A program made the position numbers and the translations under genes. Below, piece after piece: positions 1 through 15,000 of a stretch of DNA of 64,000 nt (position 1 is its first letter; each line of letters starts with the position of its first letter). This DNA is from Auanema rhodensis (taxonomy: Eukaryota; Animalia; Nematoda). The DNA lies in the NCBI GenBank assembly GCA_964057225.1, contig OZ059899.1:2356001-2420000 (forward strand), read 5' to 3'. A model generated the notes under the pieces. It did no database searches. It worked only from the letters and a program-made list of their open reading frames with translations, and was not told the DNA's origin.

Positions 1-3000
1 ATTTTTTGTCAAAATGTTTTTGGAAGCAATGTTGAGTGTACATGGAAACTCAACATACACTAATGCATCATTTTTCAAACAATCATAACTAATTTGTGTA
101 TTAAGCGTTTCTCAATGTAGTATAGTGCATTCGATGCGGATTTTTAAGCTGCGTCGATCTGTGTTATCAGATTTGCGCTAGCTTAAAAATGCACCGAGAT
201 ATCAACTGATATAAGTTCACACTTATATCCTCGATTTTCACCCTGAAGAATTGATTTTTTCGTTGAATAACATTGTCTATCGTCTTTGCCTTGAAAAATG
301 GAATCTAAAAACATCTACTTTTTGCTAAATTATTTTGAAATTTTTCGAAAAAATTTTTGTCAAAATGTTTTTGGAAGCAATGTTGAGTGTACATGGAAAC
401 TCAACATACACTAATGCATCATTTTTCAAACAATCATAACTAATTTGTGTATTAAGCGTTTCTCAATGTAGTATAGTGCATTCGATGCGGATTTTTAAGC
501 TGCGTCGATCTGTGTTATCAGATTTGCGCTAGCTTAAAAATGCACCGAGATATCAACTGATATAAGTTCACACTTATATCCTCGATTTTCACCCTGAAGA
601 ATTGATTTTTTCGTTGAATAACATTGTCTATCGTCTTTGCCTTGAAAAATGGAATCTAAAAACATCTACTTTTTGCTAAATTATTTTGAAATTTTTCGAA
701 AAAATTTTTGTCAAAATGTTTTTGGAAGCAATGTTGAGTGTACATGGAAACTCAACATACACTAATGCATCATTTTTCAAACAATCATAACTAATTTGTG
801 TATTAAGCGTTTCTTAATGTAGTATAGTGCATTCGATGCGGATTTTTAAGCTGCGTCGATCTGTGTTATCAGATTTGCGCTAGCTTAAAAATTCACCGAG
901 ATATCAACTGATATAAGTTCACACTTATATCCTCGATTTTCACCCTGAAGAATTAATTTTTTCGTTGAATAACATTGTCCATCGTCTTTGCCTTGAAAAA
1001 TGGAATCTAAAAACATCTACTTTTTGCTAAATTATTTTGAAATTTTTGGAAAAAATTTTTGTCAAAATGTTTTTGGAAGCAATGTTGAGTGTACATGGAA
1101 ACTCAACATACACTAATGCATCATTTTTCAAATGATTATAACTAATTTTTGTTTCAAGCGTTTCTCAATGTAGTATAGTGCATTCGATGCGGATTTTTAA
1201 GCTGCGTCGATCTGTGTTATCAGATTTGCGCTAGCTTAAAAATGCACCGAGATATCAACTGATATAAGTTCACACTTATATCCTCGATTTTCACCCTGAA
1301 GAATTAATTTTTTCGTTGAATAACATTGTCTATCGTCTTTCTCTTGAAAAATGGAATCTAAAAACATCTACTTTTTGCTAAATTATTTTGAAATTTTTCG
1401 AAAAAATTTTTGTCAAAATGTTTTTGGAAGCAATGTTGAGTGTACATGGAAACTCAACATACACTAATGCATCATTTTTCAAATGATTATAACTAATTTT
1501 TGTTTCAAGCGTTTCTCAATGTAGTATAGTGCATTCGATGCGGATTTTTAAGCTGCGTCGATCTGTGTTATCAGATTTGCGCTAGCTTAAAAATGCACCG
1601 AGATATCAACTGATATAAGTTCACACTTATATCCTCGATTTTCACCCTGAAGAATTAATTTTTTCGTTGAATAACATTGTCTATCGTCTTTCTCTTGAAA
1701 AATGGAATCTAAAAACATCTACTTTTTGCTAAATTATTTTGAAATTTTTCGAAAAAATTTTTGTCAAAATGTTTTTGGAAGCAATGTTGAGTGTACATGG
1801 AAACTCAACATACACTAATGCATCATTTTTCAAACGATCATAACTAATTTTTGTATCAAGCGTTTCTCGATGTAGTATAGTGCATTCGATGCGGATTTTT
1901 AAGCTGCGTCGATCTGTGTTATCAGATTTGCGCTAGGTTAAAAATGCACCGAGATATCAACTGATATAAGTTCACACTTATATCCTCGATTTTCACCCTG
2001 AAGAATTGATTTTTTCGTTGAATAACATTGTCTTTCGTCTTTGCCTTGAAAAATGGAATCTAAAAACATCTACTTTTTGCTAAATTATTTTGAAATTTTT
2101 CAAAAAAATTTTTGTCAAAATGTTTTTGGAAGCAATGTTGAGTGTACATGGAAACTCAACATACACTAATGCATCATTTTTCAAACGATCATAACTAATT
2201 TTTGTATCAAGCGTTTCTCGATGTAGTATAGTGCATTCGATGCGGATTTTTAAGCTGCGTCGATCTGTGTTATCAGATTTGCGCTAGCTTAAAAATGCAC
2301 CGAGATATCAACTGATATAAGTTCACACTTATATCCTCGATTTTCACCCTGAAGAATTAATTTTTTCGTTGAATAACATTGTCCATCGTCTTTGCCTTAA
2401 AAAAAGGAATCTAAAAACATCTACTTTTTGCTAAATTATTTTGAAATTTTTCGAAAAAATTTTTGTCAAAATGTTTTTGGAAGCAATGTTGAGTGTACAT
2501 GGAAACTCAACATACACTAATGCATCATTTTTCAAACAATCATAACTAATTTGTGTATTAAGCGTTTCTCAATGTAGTATAGTGCATTCGATGCGGATTT
2601 TTAAGCTGCGTCGATCTGTGTTATCAGATTTGCGCTAGCTTAAAAATGCACCGAGATATCAACTGATATAAGTTCACACTTATATCCTCGATTTTCACCC
2701 TGAAGAATTGATTTTTTCGTTGAATAACATTGTCTATCGTCTTTGCCTTGAAAAATGGAATCTAAAAACATCTACTTTTTGCTAAATTATTTTGAAATTT
2801 TTCGAAAAAATTTTTGTCAAAATGTTTTTGGAAGCAATGTTGAGTGTACATGGAAACTCAACATACACTAATGCATCATTTTTCAAACAATCATAACTAA
2901 TTTGTGTATTAAGCGTTTCTCAATGTAGTTTAGTGCATTCGATGCGGATTTTTAAGCTGCGTCGATCTGTGTTATCAGATTTGCGCTAGCTTAAAAATGC

Positions 3001-6000
3001 ACCGAGATATCAACTGATATAAGTTCACACTTATATCCTCGATTTTCACCCTGAAGAATTAATTTTTTCGTTGAATAACATTGTCTATCGTCTTTCTCTT
3101 GAAAAATGGAATCTAAAAACATCTACTTTTTGCTAAATTATTTTGAAATTTTTCGAAAAAATTTTTGTCAAAATGTTTTTGGAAGCAATGTTGAGTGTAC
3201 ATGGAAACTCAACATACACTAATGCATCATTTTTCAAACGATCATAACTAATTTTTGTATCAAGCGTTTCTCGATGTAGTATAGTGCATTCGATGCGGAT
3301 TTTTAAGCTGCGTCGATCTGTGTTATCAGATTTGCGCTAGGTTAAAAATGCACCGAGATATCAACTGATATAAGTTCACACTTATATCCTCGATTTTCAC
3401 CCTGAAGAATTGATTTTTTCGTTGAATAACATTGTCTTTCGTCTTTGCCTTGAAAAATGGAATCTAAAAACATCTACTTTTTGCTAAATTATTTTGAAAT
3501 TTTTCAAAAAAATTTTTGTCAAAATGTTTTTGGAAGCAATGTTGAGTGTACATGGAAACTCAACATACACTAATGCATCATTTTTCAAACGATCATAACT
3601 AATTTTTGTATCAAGCGTTTCTCGATGTAGTATAGTGCATTCGATGCGGATTTTTAAGCTGCGTCGATCTGTGTTATCAGATTTGCGCTAGCTTAAAAAT
3701 GCACCGAGATATCAACTGATATAAGTTCACACTTATATCCTCGATTTTCACCCTGAAGAATTAATTTTTTCGTTGAATAACATTGTCCATCGTCTTTGCC
3801 TTAAAAAAAGGAATCTAAAAACATCTACTTTTTGCTAAATTATTTTGAAATTTTTCGAAAAAATTTTTGTCAAAATGTTTTTGGAAGCAATGTTGAGTGT
3901 ACATGGAAACTCAACATACACTAATGCATCATTTTTCAAACAATCATAACTAATTTGTGTATTAAGCGTTTCTCAATGTAGTATAGTGCATTCGATGCGG
4001 ATTTTTAAGCTGCGTCGATCTGTGTTATCAGATTTGCGCTAGCTTAAAAATGCACCGAGATATCAACTGATATAAGTTCACACTTATATCCTCGATTTTC
4101 ACCCTGAAGAATTGATTTTTTCGTTGAATAACATTGTCTATCGTCTTTGCCTTGAAAAATGGAATCTAAAAACATCTACTTTTTGCTAAATTATTTTGAA
4201 ATTTTTCGAAAAAATTTTTGTCAAAATGTTTTTGGAAGCAATGTTGAGTGTACATGGAAACTCAACATACACTAATGCATCATTTTTCAAACAATCATAA
4301 CTAATTTGTGTATTAAGCGTTTCTCAATGTAGTTTAGTGCATTCGATGCGGATTTTTAAGCTGCGTCGATCTGTGTTATCAGATTTGCGCTAGCTTAAAA
4401 ATGCACCGAGATATCAACTGATATAAGTTCACACTTATATCCTCGATTTTCACCCTGAAGAATTAATTTTTTCGTTGAATAACATTGTCCATCGTCTTTG
4501 CCTTAAAAAAAGGAATTTAAAAACATCTACTTTTTGCTAAATTATTTTGAAATTTTTCGAAAAAATTTTTGTCAAAATGTTTTTGGAAGCAATGTTGAGT
4601 GTACATGGAAACTCAACATACACTAATGCATCATTTTTCAAACGATCATAACTAATTTTTGTATCAAGCGTTTCTCAATGTAGTATAGTGCATTCGATGC
4701 GGATTTTTAAGTTGCGTCGATCTGTGTTATCAGATTTGCGCTAGCTTAAAAATGCACCGAGATATCAACTGATATAAGTTCACACTTATATCCTCGATTT
4801 TCACCCTGAAGAATTAATTTTTTCGTTGAATAACATTATCCATCGTCTTTGCCTTGAAAAATGGAATCTAAAAACATCTACTTTTTGCTAAATTATTTTG
4901 AAATTTTTGGAAAAAATTTTTGTCAAAATGTTTTTGGAAGCAATGTTGAGTGTACATGGAAACTCAACATACACTAATGCATCATTTTTCAAACAATCAT
5001 AACTAATTTGTGTATTAAGCGTTTCTCGATGTAGTATAGTGCATTCGATGCGGATTTTTAAGCTGCGTCGATCTGTGTTATCAGATTTGCGCTAGCTTAA
5101 AAATGCACCGAGATATCAACTGATATAAGTTCACACTTATATCCTCGATTTTCACCCTGAAGAATTAATTTTTTCGTTGAATAACATTGTCCATCGTCTT
5201 TGCCTTAAAAAAAGGAATCTAAAAACATCTACTTTTTGCTAAATTATTTTGAAATTTTTCGAAAAAATTTTTGTCAAAATGTTTTTGGAAGCAATGTTGA
5301 GTGTACATGGAAACTCAACATACACTAATGCATCATTTTTCAAACGATCATAACTAATTTTTGTATCAAGCGTTTCTCAATGTAGTATAGTGCATTCGAT
5401 GCGGATTTTTAAGCTGCGTCGATCTGTGTTATCAGATTTGCGCTAGCTTAAAAATGCACCGAGATATCAACTGATATAAGTTCACACTTATATCCTCGAT
5501 TTTCACCCTGAAGAATTAATTTTTTCGTTGAATAACATTGTCTATCGTCTTTGTCTTGAAAAATGGAATCTAAAAACATCTACTTTTTGCTAAATTATTT
5601 TGAAATTTTTCGAAAAAATTTTTGTCAAAATGTTTTTGGAAGCAATGTTGAGTGTACATGGAAACTCAACATACACTAATGCCTCATTTTTCAAACGATC
5701 ATAACTAATTTTTGTATCAAGCGTTTCTCAATGTAGTATAGTGCATTCGATGCGGATTTTTAAGCTGCGTCGATCTGTGTTATCAGATTTGCGCTAGCTT
5801 AAAAATGCACCGAGATATCAACTGATATAAGTTCACACTTATATCCTCGATTTTCACCCTGAAGAATTGATTTTTTCGTTGAATAACATTGTCTATCGTC
5901 TTTGCCTTGAAAAATGGAATCTAAAAACATCTATTTTTTGCTAAATTATTTTGAAATTTTTCGAAAAAATTTTTGTCAAAATGTTTTTGGAAGCAATGTT

Positions 6001-9000
6001 GAGTGTACATGGAAACTCAACATACACTAATGCATCATTTTTCAAACGATCATAACTAATTTTTGTATCAAGCGTTTCTCAATGTAGTATAGTGCATTCG
6101 ATGCGGATTTTTAAGTTGCGTCGATCTGTGTTATCAGATTTGCGCTAGCTTAAAAATGCACCGAGATATCAACTGATATAAGTTCACACTTATATCCTCG
6201 ATTTTCACCCTGAAGAATTAATTTTTTCGTTGAATAACATTGTCTATCGTCTTTGTCTTGAAAAATGGAATCTAAAAACATCTACTTTTTGCTAAATTAT
6301 TTTGAAATTTTTCGAAAAAATTTTTGTCAAAATGTTTTTGGAAGCAATGTTGAGTGTACATGGAAACTCAACATACACTAATGCATCATTTTTCAAACGA
6401 TCATAACTAATTTTTGTATCAAGCGTTTCTCAATGTAGTATAGTGCATTCGATGCGGATTTTTAAGCTGCGTCGATCTGTGTTATCAGATTTGCGCTAGC
6501 TTAAAAATGCACCGAGATATCAACTGATATAAGTTCACACTTATATCCTCGATTTTCACCCTGAAGAATTAATTTTTTCGTTGAATAACATTGTCCATCG
6601 TCTTTGCCTTGAAAAATGGAATCTAAAAACATCTACTTTTTGCTAAATTATTTTGAAATTTTTGGAAAAATTTTTTGTCAAAATGTTTTTGGAAGCAATG
6701 TTGAGTGTACATGGAAACTCAACATACACTAATGCATCATTTTTCAAACAATCATAACTAATTTGTGTATTAAGCGTTTCTCAATGTAGTATAGTGCATT
6801 CGATGCGGATTTTTAAGCTGCGTCGATCTGTGTTATCAGATTTGCGCTAGCTTAAAAATGCACCGAGATATCAACTGATATAAGTTCACACATATATCCT
6901 CGATTTTCACCCTGAAGAATTGATTTTTTCGTTGAATAACATTGTCTATCGTCTTTGCCTTGAAAAATGGAATCTAAAAACATCTACTTTTGCTAAATTA
7001 TTTTGAAATTTTTCAAAAAAATTTTTGTCAAAATGTTTTTGGAAGCAATGTTGAGTGTACATGGAAACTCAACATACACTAATGCATCATTTTTCAAACG
7101 ATCATAACTAATTTTTGTATCAAGCGTTTCTCGATGTAGTATAGTGCATTCGATGCGGATTTTTAAGCTGCGTCGATCTGTGTTATCAGATTTGCGCTAG
7201 CTTAAAAATGCACCGAGATATCAACTGATATAAGTTCACACTTATATCCTCGATTTTCACCCTGAAGAATTAATTTTTTCGTTGAATAACATTGTCCATC
7301 GTCTTTGCCTTAAAAAAAGGAATTTAAAAACATCTACTTTTTGCTAAATTATTTTGAAATTTTTCGAAAAAATTTTTGTCAAAATGTTTTTGGAAGCAAT
7401 GTTGAGTGTACATGGAAACTCAACATACACTAATGCATCATTTTTCAAACGATCATAACTAATTTTTGTATCAAGCGTTTCTCAATGTAGTATAGTGCAT
7501 TCGATGCGGATTTTTAAGTTGCGTCGATCTGTGTTATCAGATTTGCGCTAGCTTAAAAATGCACCGAGATATCAACTGATATAAGTTCACACTTATATCC
7601 TCGATTTTCACCCTGAAGAATTAATTTTTTCGTTGAATAACATTATCCATCGTCTTTGCCTTGAAAAATGGAATCTAAAAACATCTACTTTTTGCTAAAT
7701 TATTTTGAAATTTTTGGAAAAAATTTTTGTCAAAATGTTTTTGGAAGCAATGTTGAGTGTACATGGAAACTCAACATACACTAATGCATCATTTTTCAAA
7801 CAATCATAACTAATTTGTGTATTAAGCGTTTCTCAATGTAGTATAGTGCATTCGATGCGGATTTTTAAGCTGCGTCGATCTGTGTTATCAGATTTGCGCT
7901 AGCTTAAAAATGCACCGAGATATCAACTGATATAAGTTCACACTTATATCCTCGATTTTCACCCTGAAGAATTGATTTTTTCGTTGAATAACATTGTCTA
8001 TCGTCTTTGCCTTGAAAAATGGAATCTAAAAACATCTACTTTTGCTAAATTATTTTGAAATTTTTCAAAAAAATTTTTGTCAAAATGTTTTTGGAAGCAA
8101 TGTTGAGTGTACATGGAAACTCAACATACACTAATGCATCATTTTTCAAACGATCATAACTAATTTTTGTATCAAGCGTTTCTCGATGTAGTATAGTGCA
8201 TTCGATGCGGATTTTTAAGCTGCGTCGATCTGTGTTATCAGATTTGCGCTAGCTTAAAAATGCACCGAGATATCAACTGATATAAGTTCACACTTATATC
8301 CTCGATTTTCACCCTGAAGAATTAATTTTTTCGTTGAATAACATTGTCCATCGTCTTTGCCTTAAGAAAAGGAATTTAAAAACATCTACTTTTTGCTAAA
8401 TTATTTTGAAATTTTTCGAAAAAATTTTTGTCAAAATGTTTTTGGAAGCAATGTTGAGTGTACATGGAAACTCAACATACACTAATGCATCATTTTTCAA
8501 ACGATCATAACTAATTTTTGTATCAAGCGTTTCTCAATGTAGTATAGTGCATTCGATGCGGATTTTTAAGTTGCGTCGATCTGTGTTATCAGATTTGCGC
8601 TAGCTTAAAAATGCACCGAGATATCAACTGATATAAGTTCACACTTATATCCTCGATTTTCACCCTGAAGAATTAATTTTTTCGTTGAATAACATTATCC
8701 ATCGTCTTTGCCTTGAAAAATGGAATCTAAAAACATCTACTTTTTGCTAAATTATTTTGAAATTTTTGGAAAAAATTTTTGTCAAAATGTTTTTGGAAGC
8801 AATGTTGAGTGTACATGGAAACTCAACATACACTAATGCATCATTTTTCAAACAATCATAACTAATTTGTGTATTAAGCGTTTCTCAATGTAGTATAGTG
8901 CATTCGATGCGGATTTTTAAGCTGCGTCGATCTGTGTTATCAGATTTGCGCTAGCTTAAAAATGCACCGAGATATCAACTGATATAAGTTCACACTTATA

Positions 9001-12000
9001 TCCTCGATTTTCACCCTGAAGAATTGATTTTTTCGTTGAATAACATTGTCTATCGTCTTTGCCTTGAAAAATGGAATCTAAAAACATCTACTTTTTGCTA
9101 AATTATTTTGAAATTTTTCAAAAAAATTTTTGTCAAAATGTTTTTGGAAGCAATGTTGAGTGTACATGGAAACTCAACATACACTAATGCATCATTTTTC
9201 AAACGATCATAACTAATTTTTGTATCAAGCGTTTCTCGATGTAGTATAGTGCATTCGATGCGGATTTTTAAGCTGCGTCGATCTGTGTTATCAGATTTGC
9301 GCTAGCTTAAAAATGCACCGAGATATCAACTGATATAAGTTCACACTTATATCCTCGATTTTCACCCTGAAGAATTAATTTTTTCGTTGAATAACATTGT
9401 CCATCGTCTTTGCCTTAAAAAAAGGAATTTAAAAACATCTACTTTTTGCTAAATTATTTTGAAATTTTTCGAAAAAATTTTTGTCAAAATGTTTTTGGAA
9501 GCAATGTTGAGTGTACATGGAAACTCAACATACACTAATGCATCATTTTTCAAACGATCATAACTAATTTTTGTATCAAGCGTTTCTCAATGTAGTATAG
9601 TGCATTCGATGCGGATTTTTAAGTTGCGTCGATCTGTGTTATCAGATTTGCGCTAGCTTAAAAATGCACCGAGATATCAACTGATATAAGTTCACACTTA
9701 TATCCTCGATTTTCACCCTGAAGAATTATATTTTTCGTTGAATAACATTATCCATCGTCTTTGCCTTGAAAAATGGAATCTAAAAACATCTACTTTTTGC
9801 TAAATTATTTTGAAATTTTTGGAAAAAATTTTTGTCAAAATGTTTTTGGAAGCAATGTTGAGTGTACATGGAAACTCAACATACACTAATGCATCATTTT
9901 TCAAACAATCATAACTAATTTGTGTATTAAGCGTTTCTCAATGTAGTATAGTGCATTCGATGCGGATTTTTAAGTTGCGTCGATCTGTGTTATCAGATTT
10001 GCGCTAGCTTAAAAATGCACCGAGATATCAACTGATATAAGTTCACACTTATATCCTCGATTTTCACCCTGAAGAATTGATTTTTTCGTTGAATAACATT
10101 GTCTATCGTCTTTGTCTTGAAAAATGGAATCTAAAAACATCTACTTTTTGCTAAATTATTTTGAAATTTTTCGAAAAAATTTTTGTCAAAATGTTTTTGG
10201 AAGCAATGTTGAGTGTACATGGAAACTCAACATACACTAATGCATCATTTTTCAAACGATCATAACTAATTTTTGTATCAAGCGTTTCTCAATGTAGTAT
10301 AGTGCATTCGATGCGGATTTTTAAGCTGCGTCGATCTGTGTTATCAGATTTGCGCTAGCTTAAAAATGCACCGAGATATCAACTGATATAAGTTCACACT
10401 TATATCCTCGATTTTCACCCTGAAGAATTAATTTTTTCGTTGAATAACATTGTCCATCGTCTTTGCCTTGAAAAATGGAATCTAAAAACATCTACTTTTT
10501 GCTAAATTATTTTGAAATTTTTGGAAAAATTTTTTGTCAAAATGTTTTTGGAAGCAATGTTGAGTGTACATGGAAACTCAACATACACTAATGCATCATT
10601 TTTCAAACAATCATAACTAATTTGTGTATTAAGCGTTTCTCAATGTAGTATAGTGCATTCGATGCGGATTTTTAAGCTGCGTCGATCTGTGTTATCAGAT
10701 TTGCGCTAGCTTAAAAATGCACCGAGATATCAACTGATATAAGTTCACACTTATATCCTCGATTTTCACCCTGAAGAATTGATTTTTTCGTTGAATAACA
10801 TTGTCTATCGTCTTTGCCTTGAAAAATGGAATCTAAAAACATCTACTTTTTGCTAAATTATTTCGAAATTTTTCAAAAACATTTTTGTCAAAATGTTTTT
10901 GGAAGCAATGTTGAGTGTACATGGAAACTCAACATACACTAATGCATCATTTTTCAAACGATCATAACTAATTTTTGTATCAAGCGTTTCTCGATGTAGT
11001 ATAGTGCATTCGATGCGGATTTTTAAGCTGCGTCGATCTGTGTTATCAGATTTGCGCTAGCTTAAAAATGCACCGAGATATCAACTGATATAAGTTCACA
11101 CTTATATCCTCGATTTTCACCCTGAAGAATTAATTTTTTCGTTGAATAACATTGTCCATCGTCTTTGCCTTAAAAAAAGGAATCTAAAAACATCTACTTT
11201 TTGCTAAATTATTTTGAAATTTTTCGAAAAAATTTTTGTCAAAATGTTTTTGGAAGCAATGTTGAGTGTACATGGAAACTCAACATACACTAATGCATCA
11301 TTTTTCAAACGATCATAACTAATTTTTGTATCAAGCGTTTTTCAATGTAGTATAGTGCATTCGATGCGGATTTTTAAGTTGCGTCGATCTGTGTTATCAG
11401 ATTTGCGCTAGCTTAAAAATGCACCGAGATATCAACTGATATAAGTTCACACTTATATCCTCGATTTTCACCCTGAAGAATTAATTTTTTCGTTGAATAA
11501 CATTATCCATCGTCTTTGCCTTGAAAAATGGAATCTAAAAACATCTACTTTTTGCTAAATTATTTTGAAATTTTTGGAAAAAATTTTTGTCAAAATGTTT
11601 TTGGAAGCAATGTTGAGTGTACATGGAAACTCAACATACACTAATGCATCATTTTTCAAACAATCATAACTAATTTGTGTATTAAGCGTTTCTTAATGTA
11701 GTATAGTGCATTCGATGCGGATTTTTAAGCTGCGTCGATCTGTGTTATCAGATTTGCGCTAGCTTAAAAATGCACCGAGATATCAACTGATATAAGTTCA
11801 CACTTATATCCTCGATTTTCACCCTGAAGAATTGATTTTTTCGTTGAATAACATTGTCTATCGTCTTTGCCTTGAAAAATGGAATCTAAAAACATCTACT
11901 TTTTGCTAAATTATTTTGAAATTTTTCGAAAAAATTTTTGTCAAAATGTTTTTGGAAGCAATGTTGAGTGTACATGGAAACTCAACATACACTAATGCAT

Positions 12001-15000
12001 CATTTTTCAAACAATCATAACTAATTTGTGTATTAAGCGTTTCTCAATGTAGTATAGTGCATTCGATGCGGATTTTTAAGCTGCGTCGATCTGTGTTATC
12101 AGATTTGCGCTAGCTTAAAAATGCACCGAGATATCAACTGATATAAGTTCACACTTATATCCTCGATTTTCACCCTGAAGAATTGATTTTTTCGTTGAAT
12201 AACATTGTCTATCGTCTTTGCCTTGAAAAATGGAATCTAAAAACATCTACTTTTTGCTAAATTATTTTGAAATTTTTCGAAAAAATTTTTGTCAAAATGT
12301 TTTTGGAAGCAATGTTGAGTGTACATGGAAACTCAACATACACTAATGCATCATTTTTCAAACAATCATAACTAATTTGTGTATTAAGCGTTTCTCAATG
12401 TAGTATAGTGCATTCGATGCGGATTTTTAAGCTGCGTCGATCTGTGTTATCAGATTTGCGCTAGCTTAAAAATGCACCGAGATATCAACTGATATAAGTT
12501 CACACTTATATCCTCGATTTTCACCCTGAAGAATTGATTTTTTCGTTGAATAACATTGTCTATCGTCTTTGCCTTGAAAAATGGAATCTAAAAACATCTA
12601 CTTTTTGCTAAATTATTTTGAAATTTTTCGAAAAAATTTTTGTCAAAATGTTTTTGGAAGCAATGTTGAGTGTACATGGAAACTCAACATACACTAATGC
12701 ATCATTTTTCAAACAATCATAACTAATTTGTGTATTAAGCGTTTCTTAATGTAGTATAGTGCATTCGATGCGGATTTTTAAGCTGCGTCGATCTGTGTTA
12801 TCAGATTTGCGCTAGCTTAAAAATGCACCGAGATATCAACTGATATAAGTTCACACTTATATCCTCGATTTTCACCCTGAAGAATTGATTTTTTCGTTGA
12901 ATAACATTGTCTATCGTCTTTGCCTTGAAAAATGGAATCTAAAAACATCTACTTTTTGCTAAATTATTTTGAAATTTTTCGAAAAAATGTTTGTCAAAAT
13001 GTTTTTGGAAGCAATGTTGAGTGTACATGGAAACTCAACATACACTAATGCATCATTTTTCAAACAATCATAACTAATTTGTGTATTAAGCGTTTCTCAA
13101 TGTAGTATAGTGCATTCGATGCGGATTTTTAAGTTGCGTCGATCTGTGTTATCAGATTTGCGCTAGCTTAAAAATGCACCGAGATATCAACTGATATAAG
13201 TTCACACTTATATCCTCGATTTTCACCCTGAAGAATTAATTTTTTCGTTGAATAACATTATCCATCGTCTTTGCCTTGAAAAATGGAATCTAAAAACATC
13301 TACTTTTTGCTAAATTATTTTGAAATTTTTGGAAAAAATTTTTGTCAAAATGTTTTTGGAAGCAATGTTGAGTGTACATGGAAACTCAACATACACTAAT
13401 GCATCATTTTTCAAACAATCATAACTAATTTGTGTATTAAGCGTTTCTTAATGTAGTATAGTGCATTCGATGCGGATTTTTAAGCTGCGTCGATCTGTGT
13501 TATCAGATTTGCGCTAGCTTAAAAATGCACCGAGATATCAACTGATATAAGTTCACACTTATATCCTCGATTTTCACCCTGAAGAATTGATTTTTTCGTT
13601 GAATAACATTGTCTATCGTCTTTGCCTTGAAAAATGGAATCTAAAAACATCTACTTTTTGCTAAATTATTTTGAAATTTTTCGAAAAAATGTTTGTCAAA
13701 ATGTTTTTGGAAGCAATGTTGAGTGTACATGGAAACTCAACATACACTAATGCATCATTTTTCAAACAATCATAACTAATTTGTGTATTAAGCGTTTCTC
13801 AATGTAGTATAGTGCATTCGATGCGGATTTTTAAGTTGCGTCGATCTGTGTTATCAGATTTGCGCTAGCTTAAAAATGCACCGAGATATCAACTGATATA
13901 AGTTCACACTTATATCCTCGATTTTCACCCTGAAGAATTAATTTTTTCGTTGAATAACATTATCCATCGTCTTTGCCTTGAAAAATGGAATCTAAAAACA
14001 TCTACTTTTTGCTAAATTATTTTGAAATTTTTGGAAAAAATTTTTGTCAAAATGTTTTTGGAAGCAATGTTGAGTGTACATGGAAACTCAACATACACTA
14101 ATGCATCATTTTTCAAACAATCATAACTAATTTGTGTATTGAGCGTTTCTTAATGTAGTATAGTGCATTCGATGCGGATTTTTAAGCTGCGTCGATCTGT
14201 GTTATCAGATTTGCGCTAGCTTAAAAATGCACCGAGATATCAACTGATATAAGTTCACACTTATATCCTCGATTTTCACCCTGAAGAATTGATTTTTTCG
14301 TTGAATAACATTGTCTATCGTCTTTGCCTTGAAAAATGGAATCTAAAAACATCTACTTTTTGCTAAATTATTTTGAAATTTTTCGAAAAAATTTTTGTCA
14401 AAATGTTTTTGGAAGCAATGTTGAGTGTACATGGAAACTCAACATACACTAATGCATCATTTTTCAAACAATCGTAACTAATTTGTGTATTAAGCGTTTC
14501 TCAATGTAGTATAGTGCATTCGATGCGGATTTTTAAGCTGCGTCGATCTGTGTTATCAGATTTGCGCTAGCTTAAAAATGCACCGAGATATCAACTGATA
14601 TAAGTTCACACTTATATCCTCGATTTTCACCCTGAAGAATTGATTTTTTCGTTGAATAACATTGTCTATCGTCTTTGCCTTGAAAAATGGAATCTAAAAA
14701 CATCTACTTTTTGCTAAATTATTTTGAAATTTTTCGAAAAAATTTTTGTCAAAATGTTTTTGGAAGCAATGTTGAGTGTACATGGAAACTCAACATACAC
14801 TAATGCATCATTTTTCAAACAATCATAACTAATTTGTGTATTAAGCGTTTCTCAATGTAGTATAGTGCATTCGATGCGGATTTTTAAGCTGCGTCGATCT
14901 GTGTTATCAGATTTGCGCTAGCTTAAAAATGCACCGAGATATCAACTGATATAAGTTCACACTTATATCCTCGATTTTCACCCTGAAGAATTGATTTTTT

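Noticed and set aside
243-296. CTGAAGA...GAAA in the monomer, resembling a hammerhead ribozyme core as in newt and schistosome satellites
   Set aside because: I could not build stem II or stem I around the core; an Infernal search with hammerhead models would settle it.
1-351. Monomer as a 5S, SL RNA, tRNA or snRNA tandem gene, CRISPR array or telomere repeat
   Set aside because: No SL1 leader or recognisable 5S, tRNA or snRNA sequence; no unique spacers; TTAAGC occurs only singly, not as (TTAGGC)n.
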